NCBI GenBank assembly: GCA_039024555.1
Contig: JBCCQQ010000055.1
Coordinates: forward strand, 1-42,615
Source: Cyanobacteria bacterium P01_D01_bin.156
GTDB taxonomy: Bacteria; Cyanobacteriota; Cyanobacteriia; Phormidesmidales; Phormidesmidaceae
Direction: 5' to 3'
DNA length: 42,615 bases
Shown here: piece after piece, positions 20,724 to 29,769 of the stretch
How the letters are laid out: each line of letters begins with the position of its first letter
Numbering within the stretch: position 1 is the first letter of the stretch
Position numbers and translations under genes: made by a program
Notes under the pieces: generated by a model
Told to the model about the DNA's origin: nothing
Seen by the model: the letters and a program-made list of their open reading frames with translations, nothing else
Database searches by the model: none

Positions 20724-21191
20724 ATGGAAATCCGGAATTTATCCTTAGCTAAATACTTCACGGCAGGCATTGGGTTTATCCTGCTCGCCCTAGGCGGTAG
20801 CCTGTGGCCATTCACCTGGTGGGATATGTACGGCAGTGGTGACTACACTGCTCCGAATCGGGTTGATCGACTACAGCTGCGGGTGCTCGACAGTGCTGGG
20901 CAGCAGCATATTCTACATCCCATGGATCTCTATACCCTAGATGATGATTCATCAGCCCAAAAACCAGGGCACCACCTAGTGCGAGATGCCGTCTCAGAAC
21001 CCACTCCAGAGCAAGAAATTGCTCGGGCTCACCTAGTACGGCAATTAGAATTTGTTCTCGATGCTGAGGTTGAGCAGGTAGAAATCTGGCGATATTTATG
21101 GGACGTTGATTTTTCCCATCATCCCCCCATTGAGATTGAACAACCTATAGAAACCCAGTTTGTTGATCGTATTGTTGCCCAGTCAAATTGA
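20724..21191 (+). CDS. Small membrane-anchored partner of HTTM protein, copy 2
   Basis: AKYFTAGI, WPFTWWDMY, PMDLYTLDDDSS, HPPI. Confidence 0.8.
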   Translation: MEIRNLSLAKYFTAGIGFILLALGGSLWPFTWWDMYGSGDYTAPNRVDRLQLRVLDSAGQQHILHPMDLYTLDDDSSAQKPGHHLVRDAVSEPTPEQEIARAHLVRQLEFVLDAEVEQVEIWRYLWDVDFSHHPPIEIEQPIETQFVDRIVAQSN

Positions 21192-21204
21192 AGATTTCTA
21201 TCCT

Positions 21205-22356
21205 ATGAAGGTCTTTCAAATTCTTGAGCGACGCTATAGCCAATGGCTAACCCGTCCAGCGCAAAATGCTGCCGGACGCATGGGACTATATCGAATCGTA
21301 TACAGTCTTTTTTATCTCTGGTTTCTGAGCCATCTGCGCTTTAGCGAACTGAGTCTTGTACCTACTAGCTATTGGGAACCAACCGTTGTACTTAAGCCCT
21401 TCTCTCCACTACCAGGGGCAGCTTACCCGGCCATGGAAATAGGCCTAGTTATGGCACTGGTGTTACTGTTGCTAGGCTATAAAACTCGCATTTCTACCTT
21501 GATGGTGTTGATTTTAGGCTTTGGTTTAACCATGTTTCGCACCGGGCTGTTAGTACAAGACCGCACCCTGGTAGTAACAGTGTTTTATGTGCCTCTAGTC
21601 ATGCTGTTGTCCAATTGGGGAGTGACCTATTCCATAGATTCTGTACTGCAGCACAAACAGGGTAAGCCTGCTGCGGACCCAACAGATTCATCATGGCACT
21701 ACATTTGGCCGGCCCGTGCTCTCATGGTCATTATATCGATTTTGTTTCTGTCGGCTGCGATCGCAAAATTCCAGCGCCAAGACTGGCTAGTCAATCCCAG
21801 ATTTGTGCAAGGCTTTTTATTGTCCAAAGGAGTAGCCAGCTATCTCAGCAATGGTTTTCCAGTCAATCCTTTGGGGCCTAAGCTGGGCCAGATAGACGCC
21901 TTTATTATCCCCACTCAATACATTGTGCTGCTCTTCGAAGCCGTCTTTATCCTTGTTCTCTTTAGTCGGATCGCCCAGGCAATTATCTTCAGATTGGCCC
22001 CTATTTTTCACAGTTTTAACACGCTGCTCCTGGGCATTCCATTTATATCGGTACTCAGCATCTATGCCGCTTTTCCAGATTGGCAAAGTCTTTACCAACA
22101 GTTTTATCCAAAACAACTAAGAATCAATGGGCTCACCAAATTATCAGCCCCTGGGCTGAGGCTAAGTTCTGTTGGTCTGGCAATAGTCATCGGCCTACTC
22201 TGGAATACCACCCCTATACCACGTCAGATATTTGGGTTATTTGAGCTATTCAGTTATCAAACCCTTTGGTTTGCACTATTGCCATTCATTCTTTTATGGA
22301 TTGCTAGTTCCCTTAAGCAAAGACGTTCGATTTACATAAGCCACGAAAGACTCTAG
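21205..22356 (+). CDS. HTTM-domain membrane protein, copy 2
   Basis: Paralog of 19550..20698; start moved to ATG 21205 (MKVFQILERRY) by alignment with the other copies. Confidence 0.78.
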   Translation: MKVFQILERRYSQWLTRPAQNAAGRMGLYRIVYSLFYLWFLSHLRFSELSLVPTSYWEPTVVLKPFSPLPGAAYPAMEIGLVMALVLLLLGYKTRISTLMVLILGFGLTMFRTGLLVQDRTLVVTVFYVPLVMLLSNWGVTYSIDSVLQHKQGKPAADPTDSSWHYIWPARALMVIISILFLSAAIAKFQRQDWLVNPRFVQGFLLSKGVASYLSNGFPVNPLGPKLGQIDAFIIPTQYIVLLFEAVFILVLFSRIAQAIIFRLAPIFHSFNTLLLGIPFISVLSIYAAFPDWQSLYQQFYPKQLRINGLTKLSAPGLRLSSVGLAIVIGLLWNTTPIPRQIFGLFELFSYQTLWFALLPFILLWIASSLKQRRSIYISHERL

Positions 22357-22444
22357 CCCAACCTAACCATTGGAGTGCAGGTTCTCTAGACAGGGAGCAG
22401 CATTATCCCCTTTACTGACAACAGCTGCAGTCGTGAGATCGCCC

Positions 22445-22930
22445 ATGGCAGACAGGGAATTACAAACAGCCAAGTACTTTACAGCAGGAATTTCCTTCCT
22501 ACTAATGGCACTTGGGGGAGGGGTATGGCCATTCATCTGGTGGGAAATGTATTCCAGCGGTAACTATGAGCCACCCACTGTTGCAGGTCGTATCGAGCTG
22601 CATGTCCAGGACAGCAATGGCGACAAACATATTCTGCGTTCCATGGACCTTTACACCATCGATAATGATTCATCTCGACAGGCTGCTGGGCACCAGCTGA
22701 TGTATCGAGCCTTTACCGGTTCAGATGAACAGCAGGCTATCTATCGCCCCTATCTGATTCAGCAGGTGGCCACTGTACTCAATACTGATATCGAGCAAAT
22801 TGAAGCTTGGGATTACGCTTGGAAAATTGATTTTGAGCAACACCCTCCCCTAGATATCGAGCAACCTTTCACCACAACACTCATTCATAGTTTCGACACT
22901 GCCACCATTCACTCAATGCTTTCCCAGTAG
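22445..22930 (+). CDS. Small membrane-anchored partner of HTTM protein, copy 3
   Basis: Start moved to ATG 22445 (MADRELQTAKY, cf. copy 1 MADQELRLAKY); WPFIWWEMYS, MDLYTIDNDSS. Confidence 0.8.
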   Translation: MADRELQTAKYFTAGISFLLMALGGGVWPFIWWEMYSSGNYEPPTVAGRIELHVQDSNGDKHILRSMDLYTIDNDSSRQAAGHQLMYRAFTGSDEQQAIYRPYLIQQVATVLNTDIEQIEAWDYAWKIDFEQHPPLDIEQPFTTTLIHSFDTATIHSMLSQ

Positions 22931-22935
22931 TGCCT

Positions 22936-24087
22936 ATGAATCTTTTTCAGCATGTCGAACAACGCTATATGCGGTGGCTGACCAGACCTGCCGAGAATGC
23001 CGCTGGACGTATGGGTCTGTATCGCATCATTTACTGCCTGTTTTATTTGTGGTTTATCAGTTCCATGCACTTTAAAGAACTGAGCCTAGTTCCTACTAGC
23101 TTATGGGACCCCACTGTATTGTTTACTCAACTCTCACCTTTGCCTGGTGGAGCCTATCCAATTATGGAAACTCTCTTGGTGATGGCTCTAGTGCTGCTCA
23201 TGGTGGGATACAAAACTCGGTTAGCCACCTTTTCCACGTTGCTACTAGGGTTTGCACTAACAGTTTTTCGCACAGGACTGCTCACACAAGAACGCACCAT
23301 TTTAGTCACAGTCTTTTATGTACCTTTATTTATGCTGCTGTCTCGCTGGGGTGCCACCTACTCTATCGATGCTTTGCTCAAGCAAAAACAAGGGTTACCT
23401 ACTGCTAATCCCAAGGATTCTTCCTGGCGTTATATCTGGCCTGCTAGAGGGTTATTGGTGATCATCGCCCTTCTATTTTTGTCGGCAACGATCACTAAAG
23501 TGATTCAGGTAGATTGGCTTTTAGATACTCGATTTGTTGGTGACTTTTTACTGCACAAAGGTGTAGAAAGCTATCTCAGAAATGGATTTCCCATTCATCC
23601 CTTGGGTCCCATCCTAGGTAAAACCAATTTCTTGGTTGTTCCAACCCAATATGGAGTGCTGCTATTTGAAGGAGCTTTTATTCTGGTTCTGTTTAGCCGC
23701 ACGGCCCAAGCAATTATTCTGCGGATTACGCCAATTTTTCATAGCGTCAATACCCTACTGATGGGCATCCCATTTATATCGGTACTCAGCATCTATGCCG
23801 CTTTTCCTGATTGGCAAAGGCTCTACCAACAGTTTTATCCCAAGTCTTTACGTCTAAAGGGCTTAGCTAAGCTATCGGCACCCTTATTAAAAATTGGTGC
23901 TATTAGCCTTGCCGTATTGATCGGCTTACTTTGGAACACCACCCCAGTACCCAGACTGATCTTTGGTTTGTTTGGGCTATTTACCTACCAAACTCTTTGG
24001 TTTGCACTACTCCCATTCATCATTTTATGGATCGCCAGTCCTCTCTGGCAGCGGTCTAAAAACAGAGTAGAGCATGAGTACTTGTAG
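22936..24087 (+). CDS. HTTM-domain membrane protein, copy 3
   Basis: Paralog of copies 1 and 2; ATG 22936 (MNLFQHVEQRY). Confidence 0.78.
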   Translation: MNLFQHVEQRYMRWLTRPAENAAGRMGLYRIIYCLFYLWFISSMHFKELSLVPTSLWDPTVLFTQLSPLPGGAYPIMETLLVMALVLLMVGYKTRLATFSTLLLGFALTVFRTGLLTQERTILVTVFYVPLFMLLSRWGATYSIDALLKQKQGLPTANPKDSSWRYIWPARGLLVIIALLFLSATITKVIQVDWLLDTRFVGDFLLHKGVESYLRNGFPIHPLGPILGKTNFLVVPTQYGVLLFEGAFILVLFSRTAQAIILRITPIFHSVNTLLMGIPFISVLSIYAAFPDWQRLYQQFYPKSLRLKGLAKLSAPLLKIGAISLAVLIGLLWNTTPVPRLIFGLFGLFTYQTLWFALLPFIILWIASPLWQRSKNRVEHEYL

Positions 24088-24357
24088 AGTATCTACCCTA
24101 TGGGTTGGAGCTGATAGTCTATGCCTCCTCAGCGAGCACTCATGTGTATATTGCGAAATGTAACCTATTCTTCATCTACAGGCTGATCCAAGTCAGCGAC
24201 CTTGGTACACTGATAGCCACAGTAGCTTGCCAGTTTTCTAGCGATTGTCTGGCCCGTATTTAGAAGTGTGCTTTTCTTTAGCCGCCTTACCAAATAGTCG
24301 TTGCTACTCTTTGATAGAGAATTAGCAACGCCCTAATACATAACTGATAGAGGACTC

Positions 24358-25446
24358 ATGGTAGATTCCCTAAGGAAACCTCAAGACGCTAATACAACTG
24401 ACACCACAAAACCCGGGGTTAAGTCGCCTGCAAAGGACACCATCCTCACCCCTCGTTTCTACACCACTGACTTTGACGAGATGGCCAAAATGGACATGTC
24501 CGTCAATGAAGATGAAGTGCGTGCAATTATCGAAGAGTTTCGTGCTGACTACAACCGCCATCACTTCGTGCGGACCGATGTGTTTGACCAGTCCTGGGAG
24601 CACATTGATGGTAAAACTCGTGAGCTGTTCGTCGAGTTTCTAGAGCGTTCCTGTACTGCTGAATTTTCTGGTTTCTTGCTTTATAAGGAGCTAGGTCGTC
24701 GTCTCAAGGATACCAACCCCTTGCTGGCTGAAGGCTTTACGCTAATGTCCCGTGACGAAGCTCGTCACGCAGGTTTCTTGAACAAGGCAATGTCCGACTT
24801 CAACCTGCAGCTGGATTTAGGTTTCTTGACTAAAAGCAAGAGCTACACGTTCTTTAAGCCTAAGTTTATTTTCTACGCCACTTATCTATCTGAAAAGATT
24901 GGTTACTGGCGCTATATCACCATCTTCCGTCACCTAGATTCTCATCCTGAGAATCGGATTTATCCTATCTTCCAGTTCTTTGAGAACTGGTGCCAGGATG
25001 AGAACCGTCACGGTGACTTCTTCTCCGCCATCATGAAGGCTCAGCCCCAGTTCTTAAATGACTGGAAAGCTAAGCTATGGTGCCGTTTCTTCCTGCTCTC
25101 TGTATTTGCCACCATGTTCCTGAATGATATTCAGCGCAGTGGCTTCTACGCGTCTTTGGGTCTAGATGCTCGTGAGTACGATATTCACGTCATCAAGAAA
25201 ACCAATGAGTCTGCAGCCAAGGTATTCCCCGTAATGTTGAATGTGGAGCATCCTGATTTCTTCAAGCACCTGGATGTGGCGTCAGACGCTAGCTTGAAGG
25301 TGACTGAAATCAGTAAGACTGAGCAACCCAAGCCTCTTAAGTTTCTACGTCAGCTACCCCACATCGCTACTATCGGTGTGAAGCTGATTCAGCTGTACTT
25401 TATGAAGCCCATTGATATGGCTGAGACTCGCGGCGTTGTTCGCTAG
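24358..25446 (+). CDS. acsF: Magnesium-protoporphyrin IX monomethyl ester oxidative cyclase
   Basis: [26 protein letters not shown], di-iron motifs DEARH and DENRH. Confidence 0.97.
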   Translation: MVDSLRKPQDANTTDTTKPGVKSPAKDTILTPRFYTTDFDEMAKMDMSVNEDEVRAIIEEFRADYNRHHFVRTDVFDQSWEHIDGKTRELFVEFLERSCTAEFSGFLLYKELGRRLKDTNPLLAEGFTLMSRDEARHAGFLNKAMSDFNLQLDLGFLTKSKSYTFFKPKFIFYATYLSEKIGYWRYITIFRHLDSHPENRIYPIFQFFENWCQDENRHGDFFSAIMKAQPQFLNDWKAKLWCRFFLLSVFATMFLNDIQRSGFYASLGLDAREYDIHVIKKTNESAAKVFPVMLNVEHPDFFKHLDVASDASLKVTEISKTEQPKPLKFLRQLPHIATIGVKLIQLYFMKPIDMAETRGVVR

Positions 25447-25472
25447 AGATCGAACTTAGCTGAAAAGCTTAC

Positions 25473-25518
25473 ATGAGAGACTGGGCGCCCTTTAACGAAG
25501 TTCAGTCTCTTATTATTT
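25473..25518 (+). terminator. Probable terminator hairpin after acsF
   Basis: atgagagactgggc ... gttcagtctcttat stem with G-U pairs, followed by tattt; lies between convergent genes. Confidence 0.6.
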
Positions 25519-25558
25519 GAAAGCTAGTCTTGAGTACCTTAAGTCTTACTTGAGTAAA

Positions 25559-26116
25559 CTAAGCGTCCGCTCGACTCCACAGCGCTAAACCACCTCCCCG
25601 TCCACGAGCAGCAATACCCTGCTTAGTTACCCAAAAATACTTAAAAAAGGCTTGCTCTTTTAGCGACTGGTCATAAAACTCTTGATCCGCCGCTTCTGGC
25701 TTAATGCGTCCTTGATAAAGGGTGAGCTTACCCAAAGTGATTTGAATTTGAGTAAAGTCAAAGGCCAAGCATCGCGCCTTTGACCAAAATTTGATGGGTC
25801 CTGTGAGAGCTAGTTGGAGCGCACCTAGCGCAACGGCATTCTCAACTATCCCTTGGTCGTCATTGCTGACTTGATACTTCAGCTGAATTTTAACCAGCTT
25901 GGGTATGTAACGGCCCGGCCCCAAAGCGACTCCCGCTTTTTTGCGAGTCTTTTTGGTTCCGGTAATGAAGTGCAGCCGCCAAGCACCAACGAGATCGTTG
26001 AGTTCGTAGGAATCTCGATTACTTTTTTCAACTGCCTGCAGTGCAGCAACTAACTCATTGGAAAGCACATCAGTTTGCTTGGTGGCTTTTTCTAAAACTG
26101 CTGCACATTCATTCAT
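25559..26116 (-). CDS. Hypothetical protein, PAP/fibrillin-like
   Basis: LVGAWRLHF, LAFDFT, C-terminal ARGRGGGLALW. Confidence 0.65.
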   Translation of the reverse strand: MNECAAVLEKATKQTDVLSNELVAALQAVEKSNRDSYELNDLVGAWRLHFITGTKKTRKKAGVALGPGRYIPKLVKIQLKYQVSNDDQGIVENAVALGALQLALTGPIKFWSKARCLAFDFTQIQITLGKLTLYQGRIKPEAADQEFYDQSLKEQAFFKYFWVTKQGIAARGRGGGLALWSRADA

Positions 26117-26294
26117 GGTGTTCTAGCGAATTGGTAATGAGCGGGTGCCCAAAAAACAGCACCCTTACAAGATTGTCCGCTAAAAATTCGCCGTTGCTGA
26201 TTTACATCATTAAACAATCGACTAAACATGCTTTTGTAGCAGCATTGTTCGCCCAGGCCAATAGTAGGGGATCAGCCATAACTCAGACACACCA

Positions 26295-26513
26295 TTAGAA
26301 AATTGTTAGGTCCCAATCAGCATCGGTTAGGCCCTCAGTACCGACGAGCTGGACGCGGATGTTCAGGTAGCGATCGCAATATACCTTGCACTGCTTATAG
26401 CGAGGATTAGGACTTCCAAAAATCGCATCTTGCTCTGCATAGCCCTTCAATAAATCAATGCGATCCGCTTCGGAAAGTGTTGGTAGTTCACCCTTTGAGG
26501 TAGATACGGTCAT
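26295..26513 (-). CDS. Small hypothetical protein
   Basis: 72 aa ATG ORF with protein-like composition and a HIP1 site; divergent from the radical SAM gene. Confidence 0.65.
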   Translation of the reverse strand: MTVSTSKGELPTLSEADRIDLLKGYAEQDAIFGSPNPRYKQCKVYCDRYLNIRVQLVGTEGLTDADWDLTIF

Positions 26514-26709
26514 AAAGGCACAGAATAAATTGATTTCTATAGACTAAAACCAACTTTTCAGACCACCCAAGACTCTCCCAAAAAGCTTAATCTCTGGCTC
26601 CGATCCCCGTTTTACTCGTTACATCGCTGCACAACTCAAAAATTCTCAGCTGCCTTTCACCCAGCACTGTTAAGCTAAAGCGACCAAATTTTCTTCCATT
26701 CCCTGCGTA

Positions 26710-27795
26710 ATGGCCAATTACCGTCTTGAGCGTCTCCACCTTGAAGTCACAAACGTTTGCAACTTCAAATGCGATTTTTGCCCAGATGCCATCATGGAAC
26801 GTAAGCGGGGCCACATGGACCTCAAGCTTTTAGAAAAAGCACTAGACGAAATTGCAGAGTACAACCTTGCTAAAGTTGTCGCCTTTCATTTGATGGGAGA
26901 ACCCCTGATCTATCCCCACATTTTCAAAGCGATTGATCTGGCACTGACGCGCAGTCTGAATCTACACCTCACCACCAATGGCAGCACCTTTCACATTTTT
27001 CCAAAACATCGCCAACAGCTGATTGCATCCGGCATTCCTAAGGTAACTATCTCTCTACAAACCCCCGATCCAGTCACCTTTATCATTCGCGGCGCACCCC
27101 CTAAACTTAAGCCCGAACAATATTTTGACGGCATCACCGAATATGTACAGGCCAACTTGGCTGATTACAGTTCAAGAACCCGCGTTCACCTCAAATTTTT
27201 AGACACAACACCCCATCCATTTCTGGTGCCCCATAAGCAAATGCATGTGGTCGAAGGTAAAGCGCAAATGCAGCAAGAACTCACAGCTTGGGCCGATCGC
27301 CTGCTAGAGGGTTGCCCAGAACGCCCTAGCGATGATGAGCTACGTCAGCGTATTGCTCGCCATAAACCCGGTCGCTGGCAAGTGATTGAACTAACTCCCA
27401 AATTAGCCTTAGAAACCTTTCCCTTAGATAGCTGGGGTAATGTTGAAAGCACAGACGTTGTACCTGCAAAATTCGGCTACTGCAACGGCACATCGGATCA
27501 AGCAGGCATTTTATACGACGGCACCGTTGTCCCTTGCTGTAAGGATTATGACGGTCAAATTCCCCTTGGCAATCTTAATCAGCACTCTTTAAGCAAGATT
27601 TTGGATCACCAACAGCCTGCCTGTGGGCTACGGCAGGGATTTGATCGATTACAAGTCACCAATCCAGTTTGCCAGCGATGCATGGGGGCAGACACACAAC
27701 AAAAAGCTATTCTTAGGCAGGTTGGTTCGGTAGCCTACTTCAAAGTTTACAACCCAATAATGAAACGCCTACAGCCCGGATGGGGTGAAGTCTAG
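26710..27795 (+). CDS. Radical SAM protein with SPASM/twitch domain
   Basis: CNFKCDFC (CxxxCxxC), MGEP, TTNG; C-terminal C...GILYDGTVVPCCKD..LGNL...C...CQRC. Confidence 0.9.
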   Translation: MANYRLERLHLEVTNVCNFKCDFCPDAIMERKRGHMDLKLLEKALDEIAEYNLAKVVAFHLMGEPLIYPHIFKAIDLALTRSLNLHLTTNGSTFHIFPKHRQQLIASGIPKVTISLQTPDPVTFIIRGAPPKLKPEQYFDGITEYVQANLADYSSRTRVHLKFLDTTPHPFLVPHKQMHVVEGKAQMQQELTAWADRLLEGCPERPSDDELRQRIARHKPGRWQVIELTPKLALETFPLDSWGNVESTDVVPAKFGYCNGTSDQAGILYDGTVVPCCKDYDGQIPLGNLNQHSLSKILDHQQPACGLRQGFDRLQVTNPVCQRCMGADTQQKAILRQVGSVAYFKVYNPIMKRLQPGWGEV

Positions 27796-27875
27796 CGATT
27801 AAACATTGAACTAAAAAAAAGACCACTCACTCAATAGAGGTAGAATAGAATACTGTCTAATTTTTGCCTAGGTTT

Positions 27876-28952
27876 ATGGTGCGACGACTTCTACAGCATA
27901 TTGTGCGCTGGATAAGAGGATTCTTAGCTCAGTTTAGAAGCAAAACACCTCAACAACCTTCTCCTACGAGACGACAGTCTTTGATGGCATATCAGCAACC
28001 GCAACCAATCCACTCTAGAGAATTAAACGTCGCTCAAACGCAACATAAACATCAGCAAAATCCTAGCTTTCCGCCGCTACAGGATACAGTGCGCCCTCCA
28101 AGCCTAGGAGAACCTGAAAAACCCTTAAATCCAGGCTCACCCAGAGCAGACAACCCTTCAAATTTTGAGATTTTACTGAGCCCTCATCAGCGTCCCCCCA
28201 GCTCTGCTGTTCAAGATTTAAATCGTCAACTCTTACACGGTAATACAAGTGAATTATTACCATCCCATAATGATGCCATCAGCATCTTCAAAAGATTCTC
28301 AAAGGCTCCTTTTCCTGCCGTAGCTGAGAGTCATGCAGAGAAAAACCATACATCAGATAGTCAAAACTCTTCTACTCGAATAGACTCTCCCAAGCTACAG
28401 GGCTATCCACCGGCTTCTGCAAGCTTAAAAGAACGCCCTCAACTTGACCTTCCAAAGATACACCATCTGGATCAGCACAATGGGGGGAACCTGAATCAGA
28501 GCCGTATAGAGCCTGCTGACTTAGTTGACATTGGTTCACCTCCAAAAGTTCAAAGTTACATACAGCCTGTTGCTACTGAAACACCAACTGTTGTTACTAG
28601 GGACAAACCTGCTAAAACTGAGCAGAGCGCACCACTACCTGTAGATGTTTCCACCAATAACACTCCCGTTAAACCTATTACCAAACAGCCAGAACTAAAG
28701 CTGGAAGAACCTACACAAGTTCTCGACACTAGAACTATTACTAAAAAAGGAGTAGTGAAGTTATTATTCAAGCTAAAGAAAAATAATCACCATGGCTACA
28801 TCACACCTAATGATGGCTCCAAAGACATTATTTTTCATCAAAAGTATGTTGGTACTGATGTGTTCTCCCAACTAGAACGGGGAATGGAAGTAGAAGTAGA
28901 AGCCAAAATTGTTGAAGGCAAGGCCTACGCAGAGCGTATATGCATTCTTTAA
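27876..28952 (+). CDS. Protein with long disordered Pro/Ser/Gln-rich region and C-terminal cold-shock (OB-fold) domain
   Basis: C-terminal KGVVK..F....HHGYITPNDGSKDIIFH....LERGMEVE matches the CSD RNP1/RNP2 layout. Confidence 0.78.
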   Translation: MVRRLLQHIVRWIRGFLAQFRSKTPQQPSPTRRQSLMAYQQPQPIHSRELNVAQTQHKHQQNPSFPPLQDTVRPPSLGEPEKPLNPGSPRADNPSNFEILLSPHQRPPSSAVQDLNRQLLHGNTSELLPSHNDAISIFKRFSKAPFPAVAESHAEKNHTSDSQNSSTRIDSPKLQGYPPASASLKERPQLDLPKIHHLDQHNGGNLNQSRIEPADLVDIGSPPKVQSYIQPVATETPTVVTRDKPAKTEQSAPLPVDVSTNNTPVKPITKQPELKLEEPTQVLDTRTITKKGVVKLLFKLKKNNHHGYITPNDGSKDIIFHQKYVGTDVFSQLERGMEVEVEAKIVEGKAYAERICIL

Positions 28953-29128
28953 TGCTGACAGCGGACCTCACATCAAACCGAGAATCTACTGAAGCCAACT
29001 TTAAATCCTATATAAATAAGCATCTCTTTGCATTTTCTTAATAAGGAATATCATGATCATCACCCGTGTAATCTGGCATCACACGTCATAACTTAAGAGA
29101 AGTGAAACCTCAGGAATCTCCCAACAAA

Positions 29129-29326
29129 ATGGAACCAGTAATTTCTCAAACTACAGATACCAAAGATATTTTGTGGCAGCCTCTTTCAACACGAAAATCC
29201 GAGAAAATTAGTGGCGGTGGCGGAAGTGTTAGCGGCTCTATCAGCACTTCAGTTCAAGGCTTTTGTAACACTACTAAAAAACAAATGAATATTTCATCAT
29301 TCACTAGTTGGAACCGGAGGTGGTAG
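29129..29326 (+). CDS. Double-glycine leader peptide precursor 1 (bacteriocin/RiPP-like)
   Basis: Leader ...ILWQPLSTRKSEKISGG, then core GGSVSGSISTSVQGFCNTTKKQMNISSFTSWNRRW; start ATG 29129 or GTG 29102. Confidence 0.7.
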   Translation: MEPVISQTTDTKDILWQPLSTRKSEKISGGGGSVSGSISTSVQGFCNTTKKQMNISSFTSWNRRW

Positions 29327-29334
29327 GGTCAGTT

Positions 29335-29372
29335 TCACTCTCAAGAATGAGCTGAAGTTTTTTTGAGAGTGA
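29335..29372 (+). terminator. Hairpin directly after precursor 1
   Basis: tcactctcaagaa ... tttttgagagtga, 13 bp stem with one G-U pair. Confidence 0.55.
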
Positions 29373-29589
29373 GCCGTATCATAATATCAAAATAGCTCCC
29401 GTAAGGTTGTGCTGGGACTTCATATCTCAAGCATTTATTGGCTTCAAGCTTATACAAAGCTAATCAACATCTCGACAGTTGCGCTATTATCTCACAGCGG
29501 AATCTATGAAAGCATAGTTATCGTAGAGAAAATATACACGTGCAACTCAGTGCCTCTAACTCTCTCTTAATCATAAAGGTTGACAATTC

Positions 29590-29769
29590 ATGTCCAAGCA
29601 CACTCATTTAAACAAAACAGTTCTGTGGGAGTTTCTTTCTGATAAACACGCAGAAGTTGTAAAAGGCGGATATAGCAATAATATTAACTACGCCGCCAAC
29701 AAGGATTTTTATATATCTCTTGGCATGTGGTGTAATACAACAAAAACCAAAGTATACGGAATGAACTGA
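29590..29769 (+). CDS. Double-glycine leader peptide precursor 2 (59 aa, absent from ORF track)
   Basis: Manual translation MSKHTHLNKTVLWEFLSDKHAEVVKGG-YSNNINYAANKDFYISLGMWCNTTKTKVYGMN*; leader and CNTTK are homologous to precursor 1. Confidence 0.75.
   Translation: MSKHTHLNKTVLWEFLSDKHAEVVKGGYSNNINYAANKDFYISLGMWCNTTKTKVYGMN

Larger units (their letters stand above)
19058..24087 (+). repeat. Diverged tandem triplication of a ~1.7 kb two-gene unit
   Basis: Unit starts at 19058, 20724 and 22445 (spacings 1666 and 1721 bp); proteins align end to end. Confidence 0.95.

Noticed and set aside
19717..23408. Alternative-frame ORFs recurring inside the HTTM copies (19717, 21693, 21923, 23103)
   Set aside because: Shadow frames that recur because the host genes are paralogs; lengths and sequences are not conserved
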